Virus record (IMG/VR): IMGVR_UViG_3300031603_000001 | Location: 32,001 to 96,000 of that record | From: a virus | Direction: 5' to 3' (one strand) | Length of the DNA stretch: 64,000 nt | Shown: piece by piece, positions 39,415-48,147 of the stretch | Position numbering within the stretch: position 1 is the first letter of the stretch | How the letters are laid out: each line of letters opens with the position of its first letter | Notes under the pieces: model-generated | What the model was told of the DNA's origin: nothing | Database searches by the model: none | What the model saw: only the letters and a program-made list of their open reading frames with translations | Program-made: the position numbers and the translations under genes

Positions 39415-39496
39415 AGAATTGCAATCCAGGTGAGCACCCGATTAATCTTACGATTAGTCTTATCCTCTGGGGAAGTACATCCCAGATCGCAATTCT
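39415..39496 (-). ncRNA. Putative structured RNA (multi-helix junction), family not recognised
   Basis: 12-bp closing stem AGAAUUGCGAUC/GAUUGCAAUUCU encloses three hairpins, one with a GUAA (GNRA) loop. G-U pairs fix the orientation to the minus strand. Confidence 0.55.
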
Positions 39497-39506
39497 CACA
39501 ACTCAT

Positions 39507-40364
39507 TTAGAGCTTTGGAGTACTAATGAAGCGTTCCATCATTTCCGAATCACGAAGGGCCGGCATATCTGAGCAAATGCCCAGGATCATAGCCTTAGGG
39601 CCTTTGTGATCCAACTCACTGTCAAACATAAGACGATAGTCTGACATATCATCCACTAGCATCTCACGAACCTGGCTAAGCCAGTCATCAATACGGGATT
39701 CGAACAAGTTTTCAGCTTCTAATGCCTCTTCAGCAGCAATCTCTTCGTCAACCTCCTTCTGTGCTAATGCTATTTGAGCTTCGATTTCTTTCTCAATCTT
39801 AGCGATCAAGATCCATTCCATAATAGTTTCGCCTAGTACTTCGGCAATACATACACTGAAAGGTTCGACACCCAGTTGGTGCACTTCACACAGAGAGAAT
39901 TCATCTGAATCAAGAATCTCACCATCGGTGGTGTCTTTAACGACATAATAGAACTTGTCATTACATCTGTTAACTAGTAACAGAATATTACCCGGAAGGA
40001 TAACACTTGTACGGTCTTCAAAGATCTTGTAACGACCGAAGTCTACTTTGTATCCCATGCTTATACCTCTTTCACTTCGTGCATAGGCCGCTAATCCCAA
40101 CGAATGTCGGTCGGAGAGGTCTAATGCAGGATAAATAGCTGAAAGTAAATCATCATCCGAGAGCCGGTATTCTCCGAAGACATTCTTAGCTTCGAGTACT
40201 CCCGGTAGGACGATTAATTCAGCGGCAGACCATCCGCGTGCGGAGTCTGCGTTATAGATAGGACGAAACCTATCTGTTCGGGGGGCAGCTCTATGCAATT
40301 CTGCATTATAAAAGCTAGCGTATTGAGCGCCGTCAGTCGCCAACACGAATATTGGATTGTACAT
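39507..40364 (-). CDS. Hypothetical protein
   Basis: 285-aa ORF, acidic coiled-coil C-terminal third. Confidence 0.7.
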   Translation of the reverse strand: MYNPIFVLATDGAQYASFYNAELHRAAPRTDRFRPIYNADSARGWSAAELIVLPGVLEAKNVFGEYRLSDDDLLSAIYPALDLSDRHSLGLAAYARSERGISMGYKVDFGRYKIFEDRTSVILPGNILLLVNRCNDKFYYVVKDTTDGEILDSDEFSLCEVHQLGVEPFSVCIAEVLGETIMEWILIAKIEKEIEAQIALAQKEVDEEIAAEEALEAENLFESRIDDWLSQVREMLVDDMSDYRLMFDSELDHKGPKAMILGICSDMPALRDSEMMERFISTPKL

Positions 40365-40641
40365 CTATCCATTTTCCTTCAGGTAATTCCAACGCCCTGC
40401 CTCGTAATATATCATTGAGGACATCGTTGTCAACACCATATTTAATCAGGGTATCCCACTTTACTCTGTGGAATGTCTCTGGTTTACCACAGTACTTACA
40501 CCCACAGTGTACTCTAAACTCCTCAGAGAAGTTAGACGACACCGGGTGTATTGAATGCATCTGTTGTCTGTGATCTTCCTGGACTATCCATTTGAATATC
40601 CAGAAGTTCTTTGTGATCCTAGGACCTTTGGGGCATTTCAT
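40333..40641 (-). CDS. Hypothetical protein with CxCxxC motif
   Basis: HCGCKYCG; ATGA coupling. Confidence 0.55.
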   Translation of the reverse strand: MKCPKGPRITKNFWIFKWIVQEDHRQQMHSIHPVSSNFSEEFRVHCGCKYCGKPETFHRVKWDTLIKYGVDNDVLNDILRGRALELPEGKWIDVQSNIRVGD

Positions 40642-40880
40642 ACTCGCTGTACCCCCGGATCGCCATCTTCAACTAAGAAGTCTGACGGCTTAAGCGCAGC
40701 CAGGCGTTTACGCTCTTCCTGCTTAACGAGAAGATCTGCGGCTTGTCTGCTCCATAGATCATCCTGCAACACACGTACAGAAGCTTCCGCCCTTTGTAAA
40801 TCAATACTGTTCTTACAATGTGGGCATGTAATGTCCCCACCAGAACTATTCTCCGTATAGAAATCAGTATCATGTGCCAT
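40638..40880 (-). CDS. Small protein with CPHC knuckle and C-terminal KPSDFLV motif
   Basis: 80 aa; coupled start and stop. Confidence 0.6.
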   Translation of the reverse strand: MAHDTDFYTENSSGGDITCPHCKNSIDLQRAEASVRVLQDDLWSRQAADLLVKQEERKRLAALKPSDFLVEDGDPGVQRV

Positions 40881-40960
40881 TAGTTACCACAATTGGGATT
40901 TACACAATCATCAGTTGGCCAACCAAATGGACCGCACTCTTGAAACTTCAGATCATTCAT
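40880..40960 (-). CDS. Micro-ORF, 26 aa (MNDLKFQECGPFGWPTDDCVNPNCGN)
   Basis: Fills the gap exactly; the start overlaps the upstream gene end and the stop forms TAATG with the next start. Confidence 0.45.
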   Translation of the reverse strand: MNDLKFQECGPFGWPTDDCVNPNCGN

Positions 40961-41309
40961 CGTACGGAGTCTTTCCCCGAATCATACCACGAGAATGACG
41001 GTACTCCTGTGCCATTAGCATCATACACATCTTATGTAGTAAATCAAATGATTGAATATACTGTCTACTCTTCAGTCCATATGTTGCGTAAGCCGATCTT
41101 ACGATATGCCGCTGACTATTAATGTCATCATGCGTAATCAATAGATCTTGTTTTACTATGTACTTGTTGTGCTCTACTCGGGCATTAGTAGATAAAGCAT
41201 CAGGTGTACTGAGCTCAAGGTATTCTTTGATATGATTATTACGACCATGGTTATATGCCACGAGGTAAAGTATAATATCAATCAGAATAGCTATAAATAT
41301 GTAAGGCAT
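40953..41309 (-). CDS. Hypothetical protein with N-terminal TM helix
   Basis: YIFIAILIDIILYLVAY hydrophobic N-terminus. Confidence 0.6.
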   Translation of the reverse strand: MPYIFIAILIDIILYLVAYNHGRNNHIKEYLELSTPDALSTNARVEHNKYIVKQDLLITHDDINSQRHIVRSAYATYGLKSRQYIQSFDLLHKMCMMLMAQEYRHSRGMIRGKTPYDE

Positions 41310-41313
41310 TAGG

Positions 41314-41625
41314 CTACCTTCTCCAAAAAGCTCGACCAGAGCTTTGCGAACCCACGTTTAGGGGTTCAGGCTTCACAGGATCCACAAGGTGGGTCATACC
41401 CATTATGTCCCAGGTGCTGACACGTTTTGCATAGTACGTGCCCTTCTCGGTCCATACCTGGTGCATACCTGTGCGCATTCCATCAGCAACAGCACATTGA
41501 TACCCAACGAAACAATAAATGTTTCTAGGTACTAACTCGGCTTCGATGTACACGATGTGTCCATTTCTGCAAATGCAGTACTTTCCAACCGCAGGGCTGA
41601 TGGTATCACTATGTAATGCTGTCAT
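41314..41625 (-). CDS. Hypothetical protein
   Basis: 103-aa ORF in the coupled minus-strand array. Confidence 0.6.
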   Translation of the reverse strand: MTALHSDTISPAVGKYCICRNGHIVYIEAELVPRNIYCFVGYQCAVADGMRTGMHQVWTEKGTYYAKRVSTWDIMGMTHLVDPVKPEPLNVGSQSSGRAFWRR

Positions 41626-41920
41626 GATGCAAGGGCTCCTTTATGAATTCAGGGAATGGTGTTAGGCCGCGAGTCTTTAACTCGGCGACGATGCTGATGA
41701 CGTCTGCACGTCTCAGCATTTCTTCTTCAGCATCTTTACACAGCGCAATGATATTCTTTTGCTCCCTGGCTATAATAATTAGGGCGCTCGAGGTCTCTAA
41801 GGCGTAATCACGTGTAAAGACTTGCTCAGAGCATACCCACCCTCCATATAAAGTTACTTTTACTGGAGATTTAAGGGTGCATATCTGCTCCATCATATAC
41901 TGAATATTCTCCTTGCTCAT
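41609..41920 (-). CDS. Hypothetical protein (start MSKENI)
   Basis: GGAGG RBS 6 nt before ATG 41920. Confidence 0.6.
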   Translation of the reverse strand: MSKENIQYMMEQICTLKSPVKVTLYGGWVCSEQVFTRDYALETSSALIIIAREQKNIIALCKDAEEEMLRRADVISIVAELKTRGLTPFPEFIKEPLHHDSIT

Positions 41921-42018
41921 GATTTGCCTCCAAGACAACAATCTGCATGATTCGTCTGCGTAGTTAAATATCCAACTGTGAATAAATATAAATATGATTT
42001 ATCGGTTAGTGTTTTCAT
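41917..42018 (-). CDS. Micro-ORF, 33 aa (MKTLTDKSYLYLFTVGYLTTQTNHADCCLGGKS)
   Basis: GGAGG RBS; ATGA overlap with the next gene. Confidence 0.45.
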   Translation of the reverse strand: MKTLTDKSYLYLFTVGYLTTQTNHADCCLGGKS

Positions 42019-42021
42019 GAT

Positions 42022-42195
42022 TTACCCTCCAATATCCATTTGTGCATCATTGTCCTCCTCATCTTCATCCTGTGTTGCATTACAGCATTTATCACAAAAC
42101 ACCTCGCTCCCCATGTGCCATAATTTCTCACCATCTTCAGGAGTTTGCCCACATATATCACATGTATAAATCTTTTGAATTATTATATTACCCAT
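42022..42195 (-). CDS. Small zinc-finger protein with acidic tail
   Basis: CDIC...CDKCC; GGAGG RBS before the MMM start. Confidence 0.6.
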   Translation of the reverse strand: MGNIIIQKIYTCDICGQTPEDGEKLWHMGSEVFCDKCCNATQDEDEEDNDAQMDIGG

Positions 42196-42544
42196 CATCA
42201 TCCTCCATCTCATTCAACCCAAGCAGTATAAATTCACCATATAAAGCATTGGGCAAATTAGTTATTATGTTTGTACTCCCTGTATATGCAATGTCAACTG
42301 GAATACCATTAGCCATTTTGACTTTAAGGGCCGTGAGTTCATTATCCATGTCAATAAGATTATCAATTGTACGCTCAATCCACTCATTGAAAAGTATATT
42401 CATGCTGTGACACTGATCGTGTACCAACTCTTCAATTATAGACTTAAATGCTGGATGATTTTTCCACTTATTATACATCAAAACCATTGACCTACTGCTC
42501 GTTGCTTTCAATCGTTTATTCTCATCCTTCATCCGTTTAAACAC
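42188..42544 (-). CDS. Hypothetical helical protein
   Basis: ORF in the coupled array; the true start may be ATG 42532. Confidence 0.55.
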   Translation of the reverse strand: MFKRMKDENKRLKATSSRSMVLMYNKWKNHPAFKSIIEELVHDQCHSMNILFNEWIERTIDNLIDMDNELTALKVKMANGIPVDIAYTGSTNIITNLPNALYGEFILLGLNEMEDDDG

Positions 42545-42607
42545 TCCAATGTTGGTTTACGACTTCTTCTTTCGATAATGGTATAGAGCGAATGAATAAG
42601 CTTTCCA

Positions 42608-42868
42608 TCAAGTAAACCCGTATTTCTTTCTCCTGCGCATCAAGTACAGACTGAACAGAATCATGTACGTCAAGGATGTAAGCAGGGTAGCCATACCTTT
42701 CACGGGAAGGAGTAGGAGGGCTACTCCCGTGAAGAACAAATCACTGAGTAAGTAATGCTTGAAGACAAGTCGCCTCAAAGTCATAGGAACCTTCTCAATA
42801 ATTATGGCTGTACCGATAACTGCCAGTACACCTGCAAACAATCCTGTTTGTATCATGCTGTTAATCAT
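42608..42868 (-). CDS. Small multi-pass membrane protein
   Basis: Three hydrophobic segments and a basic C-terminus RRRKK. Confidence 0.65.
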   Translation of the reverse strand: MINSMIQTGLFAGVLAVIGTAIIIEKVPMTLRRLVFKHYLLSDLFFTGVALLLLPVKGMATLLTSLTYMILFSLYLMRRRKKYGFT

Positions 42869-43245
42869 TTAATACTCGCTGCACCCTTTTTAATAGGGGA
42901 CTTGCGCTTGCGTTTAGGCTTAACCGAAAGGTCAGTAGCCTTAGTCGTCGCAGTACGATGCCCTTTGATACTCTCAACAAGCTTAGTGTTGAAAGCATTA
43001 GATGTACGCGTAGGCATTTCGACGATGGCAAACACTATACCTGGAGCAGTCTTCAAATCTGCCTCAACAGACGGGAAGAATTCAATCATCCCCTCTACTG
43101 CATCAATCATCTGCTCTTGGGTAGTGATAGCATTCTCACCATCCGGGCTTTGGGTAAAAACATGACCCTTCAGTCCCGTTTTATACAGATAACCAACCGC
43201 CTTAGCCGAAGCCGAAGGGGCTGGGAACTTAGTTTTAGCCATCAA
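42865..43245 (-). CDS. Hypothetical protein with Lys/Arg-rich tail
   Basis: 126 aa; GGAG RBS; KPKRKRKSPIKK tail. Confidence 0.6.
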   Translation of the reverse strand: MMAKTKFPAPSASAKAVGYLYKTGLKGHVFTQSPDGENAITTQEQMIDAVEGMIEFFPSVEADLKTAPGIVFAIVEMPTRTSNAFNTKLVESIKGHRTATTKATDLSVKPKRKRKSPIKKGAASIK

Positions 43246-43487
43246 TTAATCTCCAATTCACCAGCTTCATCAGATATACCAGACAACTCTCCTAGGAAAG
43301 TATCTAAGGCCTTCTGTATTTCTGGTGCGATTTCTACACTAGGATTAAACTTAGTTGCAGGATAGATTTGCTTTGAAACAGCAAGAGCCAGCCCACACAG
43401 GGCCGGCCTATTCATCCAATCTTGCAACAACGGTATAATCTTACTAAGCGCTTCCTGATCCTGCTGTGCCAGTTTCTCCAGGTTCAT
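43242..43487 (-). CDS. Hypothetical protein
   Basis: 81 aa, GGAG upstream. Confidence 0.55.
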   Translation of the reverse strand: MNLEKLAQQDQEALSKIIPLLQDWMNRPALCGLALAVSKQIYPATKFNPSVEIAPEIQKALDTFLGELSGISDEAGELEIN

Positions 43488-43800
43488 TTACTGTCTCCTT
43501 CTTAACTGTAGCGGGCGTGCGGTTGGATGCGCGAGGTGTAGATCTTTTACGTTTCTTAGGAGCAGCTTTAACAGGCTCATCCTTTACCATTGGCGTAACA
43601 ACTTCGTTGTCAATCTCAAATGGTGCTGTGATAGGAGCTGTGATCTCCTCTATTACTGTGGCCTCCGAGACTACTGCCTCTTCTGTCACAGTCGGTTCGA
43701 TTACTGCTTGTGGTATGGGCACGCCGGCACTAGGTGGCATGACGGCCCGGGGTATAGGTACAGGCGTTGCCACGTGACGTGGCGGAACTTTTGTTACCAT
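43444..43800 (-). CDS. Low-complexity Pro/Glu/Thr-rich protein with basic patch
   Basis: AAGGAG RBS; composition suggests disorder. Confidence 0.55.
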   Translation of the reverse strand: MVTKVPPRHVATPVPIPRAVMPPSAGVPIPQAVIEPTVTEEAVVSEATVIEEITAPITAPFEIDNEVVTPMVKDEPVKAAPKKRKRSTPRASNRTPATVKKETVNEPGETGTAGSGSA

Positions 43801-43809
43801 ATTTACTCC

Positions 43810-44106
43810 TTAGTATTCACTCTCGCTCTGAGAACCAAAGCTCTCAAAGACATCCTCAGACTGATCCCAGTCAACGGTCACACCGTCGGGACTAATATGA
43901 CCACCCTCACCCTTGTACGACTGACGTATGTCAGAACGGATCTGAGTGATCCAATCATTCACTACCTCAACTTTAACTTTGAGTTTAGATGAAATCACCT
44001 GCGGAGAGTGACCATAATAAAGTACACCCAAGAAGGCAAACACTGCCCCTGGACTATACTTTTGCAGAACCTTCAGAATCTGGGCCCTAATATCTATGGG
44101 CATCAT
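43810..44106 (-). CDS. Sigma-70 region 4-like HTH protein
   Basis: LYYGHSPQVISSKLKVKVEVVNDWITQIRSDI fits the region-4 HTH pattern. Confidence 0.5.
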   Translation of the reverse strand: MMPIDIRAQILKVLQKYSPGAVFAFLGVLYYGHSPQVISSKLKVKVEVVNDWITQIRSDIRQSYKGEGGHISPDGVTVDWDQSEDVFESFGSQSESEY

Positions 44107-44794
44107 ATTCTCCTTTTACTGTTGGTAAAATTGTGTACTGCATCGGACATGCTGAGCATGTATCACAACCCGGCCCAGGAACACCTGGTGTCGCGTTGAT
44201 GCGGATTAGCTCCGCAACGGCTTCTAGCTTAGCTTCGGGGTTATACGTAAACGTAAGGAACTCCCCAAGCATTGGCATAAAGTATGTTAATTGGAAGGGG
44301 CGCTTACCGCGGCTAAGCTCGTAGAGCCTACCATTCCATTGGGCAGCCATGTAGAGTTTAACTCTCTCTTCGGCTGAAGGGTACTCAGTTCTGTAATCAA
44401 ACCATACCATCTGCAACAGCTTAGCCTGTTTTAGACGAACGAGATCAACCTCTCCGAGTAATCCATCGTGATCAATCACGAGATCCTCATCGACTATCTC
44501 TGAACTGTACAACTGAGCTATCATTAGAGTACTCTGCGTTAGCATAATGGTGGAAGCTTTCACGAGGGTCGCTGTCATATTCTGAGGCAACGACGCATCT
44601 TTGAGCTTCTTCAACACATAATCATATGCATTTTCCACGGGACTACCTTTGAACATCGATAGTAACACGGGACCGAGTATCTCTCTATAAAGTAAATACA
44701 GAGGGGGCTTCTCTATAACAAGATCAGCCCTCCTCTTAAGGGGACAGTCATACAAAAACCAATAGACTTGGTCGAATACAACTTGCTTACTCAT
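44087..44794 (-). CDS. Cas4/RecB-like PD-(D/E)XK nuclease with probable Fe-S staple
   Basis: N-terminal DCP, LLGEVDLV...WFDYR, and C-terminal CDTCSAC. Confidence 0.55.
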   Translation of the reverse strand: MSKQVVFDQVYWFLYDCPLKRRADLVIEKPPLYLLYREILGPVLLSMFKGSPVENAYDYVLKKLKDASLPQNMTATLVKASTIMLTQSTLMIAQLYSSEIVDEDLVIDHDGLLGEVDLVRLKQAKLLQMVWFDYRTEYPSAEERVKLYMAAQWNGRLYELSRGKRPFQLTYFMPMLGEFLTFTYNPEAKLEAVAELIRINATPGVPGPGCDTCSACPMQYTILPTVKGEYDAHRY

Positions 44795-46671
44795 GAACGG
44801 AGAATGTCTTTCAACATTGATTGAAAGTACTTAGACAGATTAGAAGGATCTGACACAAATGTATAACCATCTGCGTAGTCAACCTTCTTATGCTTAGGTG
44901 CTTTATCAATACCAAACACAAGGACATGAATGCCCTTACGCTTAGCCCATTGATAGACATCTTGTAAATTAACTGAACCCCACTCGTCGCCGTCCATTAG
45001 AAGTACAACATACTTCTTCTTTGCACGTGAGTGAAGCAACATGTCAACACCGTACTTCATAGCAGCAGGAAGGTCATTCCCTCCTGCGGGTGTCAACACT
45101 CTGTGGATCTCAGCAAGAGTTACTTCTTTAGACTGCTTCTTAGGAACTAAATCAATGAAACCAGCACCTTCACTAGCACAGCCGTAGCCGCCCATGGTCA
45201 GGTTAATTTCTTTGATGTCCTTAGTGGCTAGATACATCTGAGCCATCACATTACGTGCGACATCAGAACTCTCACCCCAAGCATTAGTAGTACTCATAGA
45301 ACCTGATCTATCAAACAGCAGTACAAAGTCAGCCGATGCATCACCATTACGGATCTCCATCACATCTGTCTTAATCTGTGCACGTTTGATATCAGTCTTG
45401 ATCTGATAGAAGTTTGGTGGGTACAGAGTGTCCCCCGTACGACTGGCACTGCGCCCAGCAAGCTTACGCTCACTTATAAGCACCTTGACATAACGTCGTA
45501 GGTTCATTACACCAGCCATACTGATGTTCTCAACAGTCTGTTTACTCACATGCTTTGGAGGAGCAACATATCCACCACCAGAGCCTTTTGCACCGGCCTT
45601 AGGTGTTTTCTTGTACTCCGATCCCTCCATCTCCTGGTCCTTCTTAGCGAATTCTCCACGAGCTGCGGTATCTTCCTCTGCGGCTTTGTCTTCTTTCATC
45701 TCTTCAAGTTCGCCGGCTCCGTCTTCGTCACCAAGTGCATCCATCGCTTCTTTCAAAGCTTCCTTGTCTGCATCTGACATCTCGTCGAAGTCAAACATTC
45801 CGAGACCACCACCACCCATGCCACCAGGCATTCCGCTACCGGAACCCTTAGCAGGAGGTGGATCTGGCGGATCAAAAGTATCCTCATCTTGACCCATTTC
45901 CTCTACCCACCACTCAAGTATTCTGTCGTACAGAGCCTGAGAGATATCAATGCGTTCCTCACGGAACTCATCTGGGTCTTCTACCCAATAACGTCTTGCG
46001 TAGGTAATAGTTGGTACGGTATCTTCGAACACTTTCTCAAGTGGATGTCCGGCCGGGAAGGTTGTAACCATCTCGTCTTCCCACTTGAACTCTAATACAC
46101 CGCGGTAAATACGATACGTATTGTGAAGCATCTCTCTGTAGTAAGCAGCCTCTTCAAAAGAGCCAGCTACCAGAGTAGTCTCATCAAATAAGTTACCCTC
46201 TTCGTCGACTACTACTTCGTTCTGATTAGTAGTTAGCGCTTTGGCTAACTTATACAGCTCAGTAAAGTATGAACCTGATCCCATCCAATGTCTGGGACAG
46301 ACTGTAGTTTCGTTACAGTCATAGATAATGTTTTCATAGAACATAAACAACTGTGTCTCTGTTCCGTTGCCGAATGTTTCAGGACTTACAATATGACCAA
46401 GCTCATGATAGATGAGAGCGCCTAGAATAGTCCAGTACGCCTCATCCGACATCTTCATAGCAATATCTTCGCTCCACATCTTAGCAAGAGTCTTCCGTGT
46501 TACGGGTAGTTGCATATGCATCATACCCTTTTTATCACGGTACGGCTCTTTTGTCTTTGGGTCAATCTTGACCGACGCACCAGGGTAATCGTTAACAGTT
46601 ATGTCACCAAACCCCAATACCTTATTAAGATAGTTGTACACATAGTACGTCATATCCGTGATAGTGTTCAC
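44791..46671 (-). CDS. HExxH metallopeptidase-like domain plus VWA (CobT-like) protein
   Basis: IYHELGH (46393-46407), acidic Gly-rich linker, FVLLFDRSGSM MIDAS, and VVLLMDG. Confidence 0.8.
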   Translation of the reverse strand: MNTITDMTYYVYNYLNKVLGFGDITVNDYPGASVKIDPKTKEPYRDKKGMMHMQLPVTRKTLAKMWSEDIAMKMSDEAYWTILGALIYHELGHIVSPETFGNGTETQLFMFYENIIYDCNETTVCPRHWMGSGSYFTELYKLAKALTTNQNEVVVDEEGNLFDETTLVAGSFEEAAYYREMLHNTYRIYRGVLEFKWEDEMVTTFPAGHPLEKVFEDTVPTITYARRYWVEDPDEFREERIDISQALYDRILEWWVEEMGQDEDTFDPPDPPPAKGSGSGMPGGMGGGGLGMFDFDEMSDADKEALKEAMDALGDEDGAGELEEMKEDKAAEEDTAARGEFAKKDQEMEGSEYKKTPKAGAKGSGGGYVAPPKHVSKQTVENISMAGVMNLRRYVKVLISERKLAGRSASRTGDTLYPPNFYQIKTDIKRAQIKTDVMEIRNGDASADFVLLFDRSGSMSTTNAWGESSDVARNVMAQMYLATKDIKEINLTMGGYGCASEGAGFIDLVPKKQSKEVTLAEIHRVLTPAGGNDLPAAMKYGVDMLLHSRAKKKYVVLLMDGDEWGSVNLQDVYQWAKRKGIHVLVFGIDKAPKHKKVDYADGYTFVSDPSNLSKYFQSMLKDILRS

Positions 46672-48147
46672 TTAGACCCCCTGTTTAACCATATGAGGTG
46701 GTATTTTAATACCAAGCTGATCATCTATACGTGCGGCAATAACCTCACGAATGCTGATGTCAGTGATCTTGGTAATAATGAAATCATGAATGGCAGTCTT
46801 CCATGCCTCAGGTGTATTCCCATTAGCGGCAGCCCAGAAAGCGGCAGACGCTACAGGAGTGTAACCTGCATCAAAGCCAAGAGATACACCATGGCCATCC
46901 GTTGAATGAATCAACTGGAATAACTTAACAGCATACTTATAACTAGGTTTGTTCGTGCCAAGTCTACCGAAATTAGGACGAGCCTCAACGATACACTTCA
47001 TGATCTTGCCTAATTGCGCAGGACTCTTAGGATAATCAAGATACATACTTGTGATTCTACGTTGTTCAGCAGCAGACAGTGGTTGTAAATCATCAGTAAT
47101 GTACTGATCTGTCATAGGATTGGCAGTCAGCAAGAACTGTACGTGTGAGAAATCTACTGTATCAACAAAGGAACTATCCTTCGTAGACATAATGTCGTAT
47201 ACACGGTCACGATCATTTAATAGTCGATAGAACTCTCTACGAGTCTTATCATTAAAAGCATTCCACTCTTCAGTAATAACTAAGAGTTTGATACCAAGCT
47301 TTTTAGTATCACGAGCGGCTTTTAGCAGTACACCTTCTAGAATAAAGGTACCTTCTTCGTTGAAATCATCACGTTCAAACAACCGGTCACCCTGTAGACG
47401 TCCATTTGCATCAATGATAATAGCACCGTAACCGTACTTCTCTAAGGTACCGGCCAGATACCGAGCAAGGTGGGACTTACCAGAGCCAGTAGGCCCGATG
47501 AATCCGACAGCTGCGGCACCATCTAAGATGTATGACTCAGCACGTTTGTTAAACACTTTATCGACAATGATATCGTTAGGTACCTTGACCCGGAAGTGAT
47601 TAGGAATAGTCACCTTACCTGCAGGTAGGAAGCTCTTGTGAAAGGTTTCGTCTTTAATACGTTTACCTTTATCATCATAGAACTCTTGCTTAGTATACGG
47701 TTGCATCTTAGGCAACGTGGTAGGATCTTCTTGCCACATTTTATAAGTTGCTTCGATGTCAGCCTTAGGTATGTCCTCAATTATTAAGTCCAATACCTCA
47801 CGGCACATTTCTGGTATACCAGAGACACTTGAATCAGAAAGTAATTGATCCAAGGTGACAGCACCTGTTTCATACTTCTTAATATCAGAACTCTCGATGT
47901 CCAAGTTAGTTGTAGCGACGGTGACACTAGTGTCTTCCTCCTCCACACTGGCCTGTAGGACATACTTATCCTTCTTACCAGTAACACTAACAACCAGTGC
48001 CTTAAATACAACTAAATAATCAGTTGCTACCTTAGCACCTGCAGTAGGTTTAATTTGTAGACTTACTGAAGGCCATACAGATTTCATGAATGCATCATGA
48101 TTATCAGGTGAAAGTAAAGCAGTAGCTTTCTTTTTTGCAGCAGGCAT
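46672..48147 (-). CDS. MoxR-family AAA+ ATPase (CobS/CbbQ-like)
   Basis: Walker A GFIGPTGSGKS, Walker B LLVITEEWN, sensor FLLTANP; adjacent to the VWA gene. Confidence 0.8.
   Translation of the reverse strand: MPAAKKKATALLSPDNHDAFMKSVWPSVSLQIKPTAGAKVATDYLVVFKALVVSVTGKKDKYVLQASVEEEDTSVTVATTNLDIESSDIKKYETGAVTLDQLLSDSSVSGIPEMCREVLDLIIEDIPKADIEATYKMWQEDPTTLPKMQPYTKQEFYDDKGKRIKDETFHKSFLPAGKVTIPNHFRVKVPNDIIVDKVFNKRAESYILDGAAAVGFIGPTGSGKSHLARYLAGTLEKYGYGAIIIDANGRLQGDRLFERDDFNEEGTFILEGVLLKAARDTKKLGIKLLVITEEWNAFNDKTRREFYRLLNDRDRVYDIMSTKDSSFVDTVDFSHVQFLLTANPMTDQYITDDLQPLSAAEQRRITSMYLDYPKSPAQLGKIMKCIVEARPNFGRLGTNKPSYKYAVKLFQLIHSTDGHGVSLGFDAGYTPVASAAFWAAANGNTPEAWKTAIHDFIITKITDISIREVIAARIDDQLGIKIPPHMVKQGV

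Noticed and set aside
39415-39496. tRNA or tRNA-Sec gene
   Set aside because: No TTC T-loop, no 7-nt anticodon loop, no CCA, and the closing stem is 12 bp.
42022-42195. Second Ubl because it ends in IGG
   Set aside because: The GG codons are the GGAGG Shine-Dalgarno of the next gene, and the protein is a zinc finger with an acidic tail.
44791-48147. Cobaltochelatase CobST as an auxiliary B12 pathway
   Set aside because: No CobN or other cob genes are present, and the VWA partner has a peptidase-like N-domain. A generic MoxR-VWA pair is the safer call.
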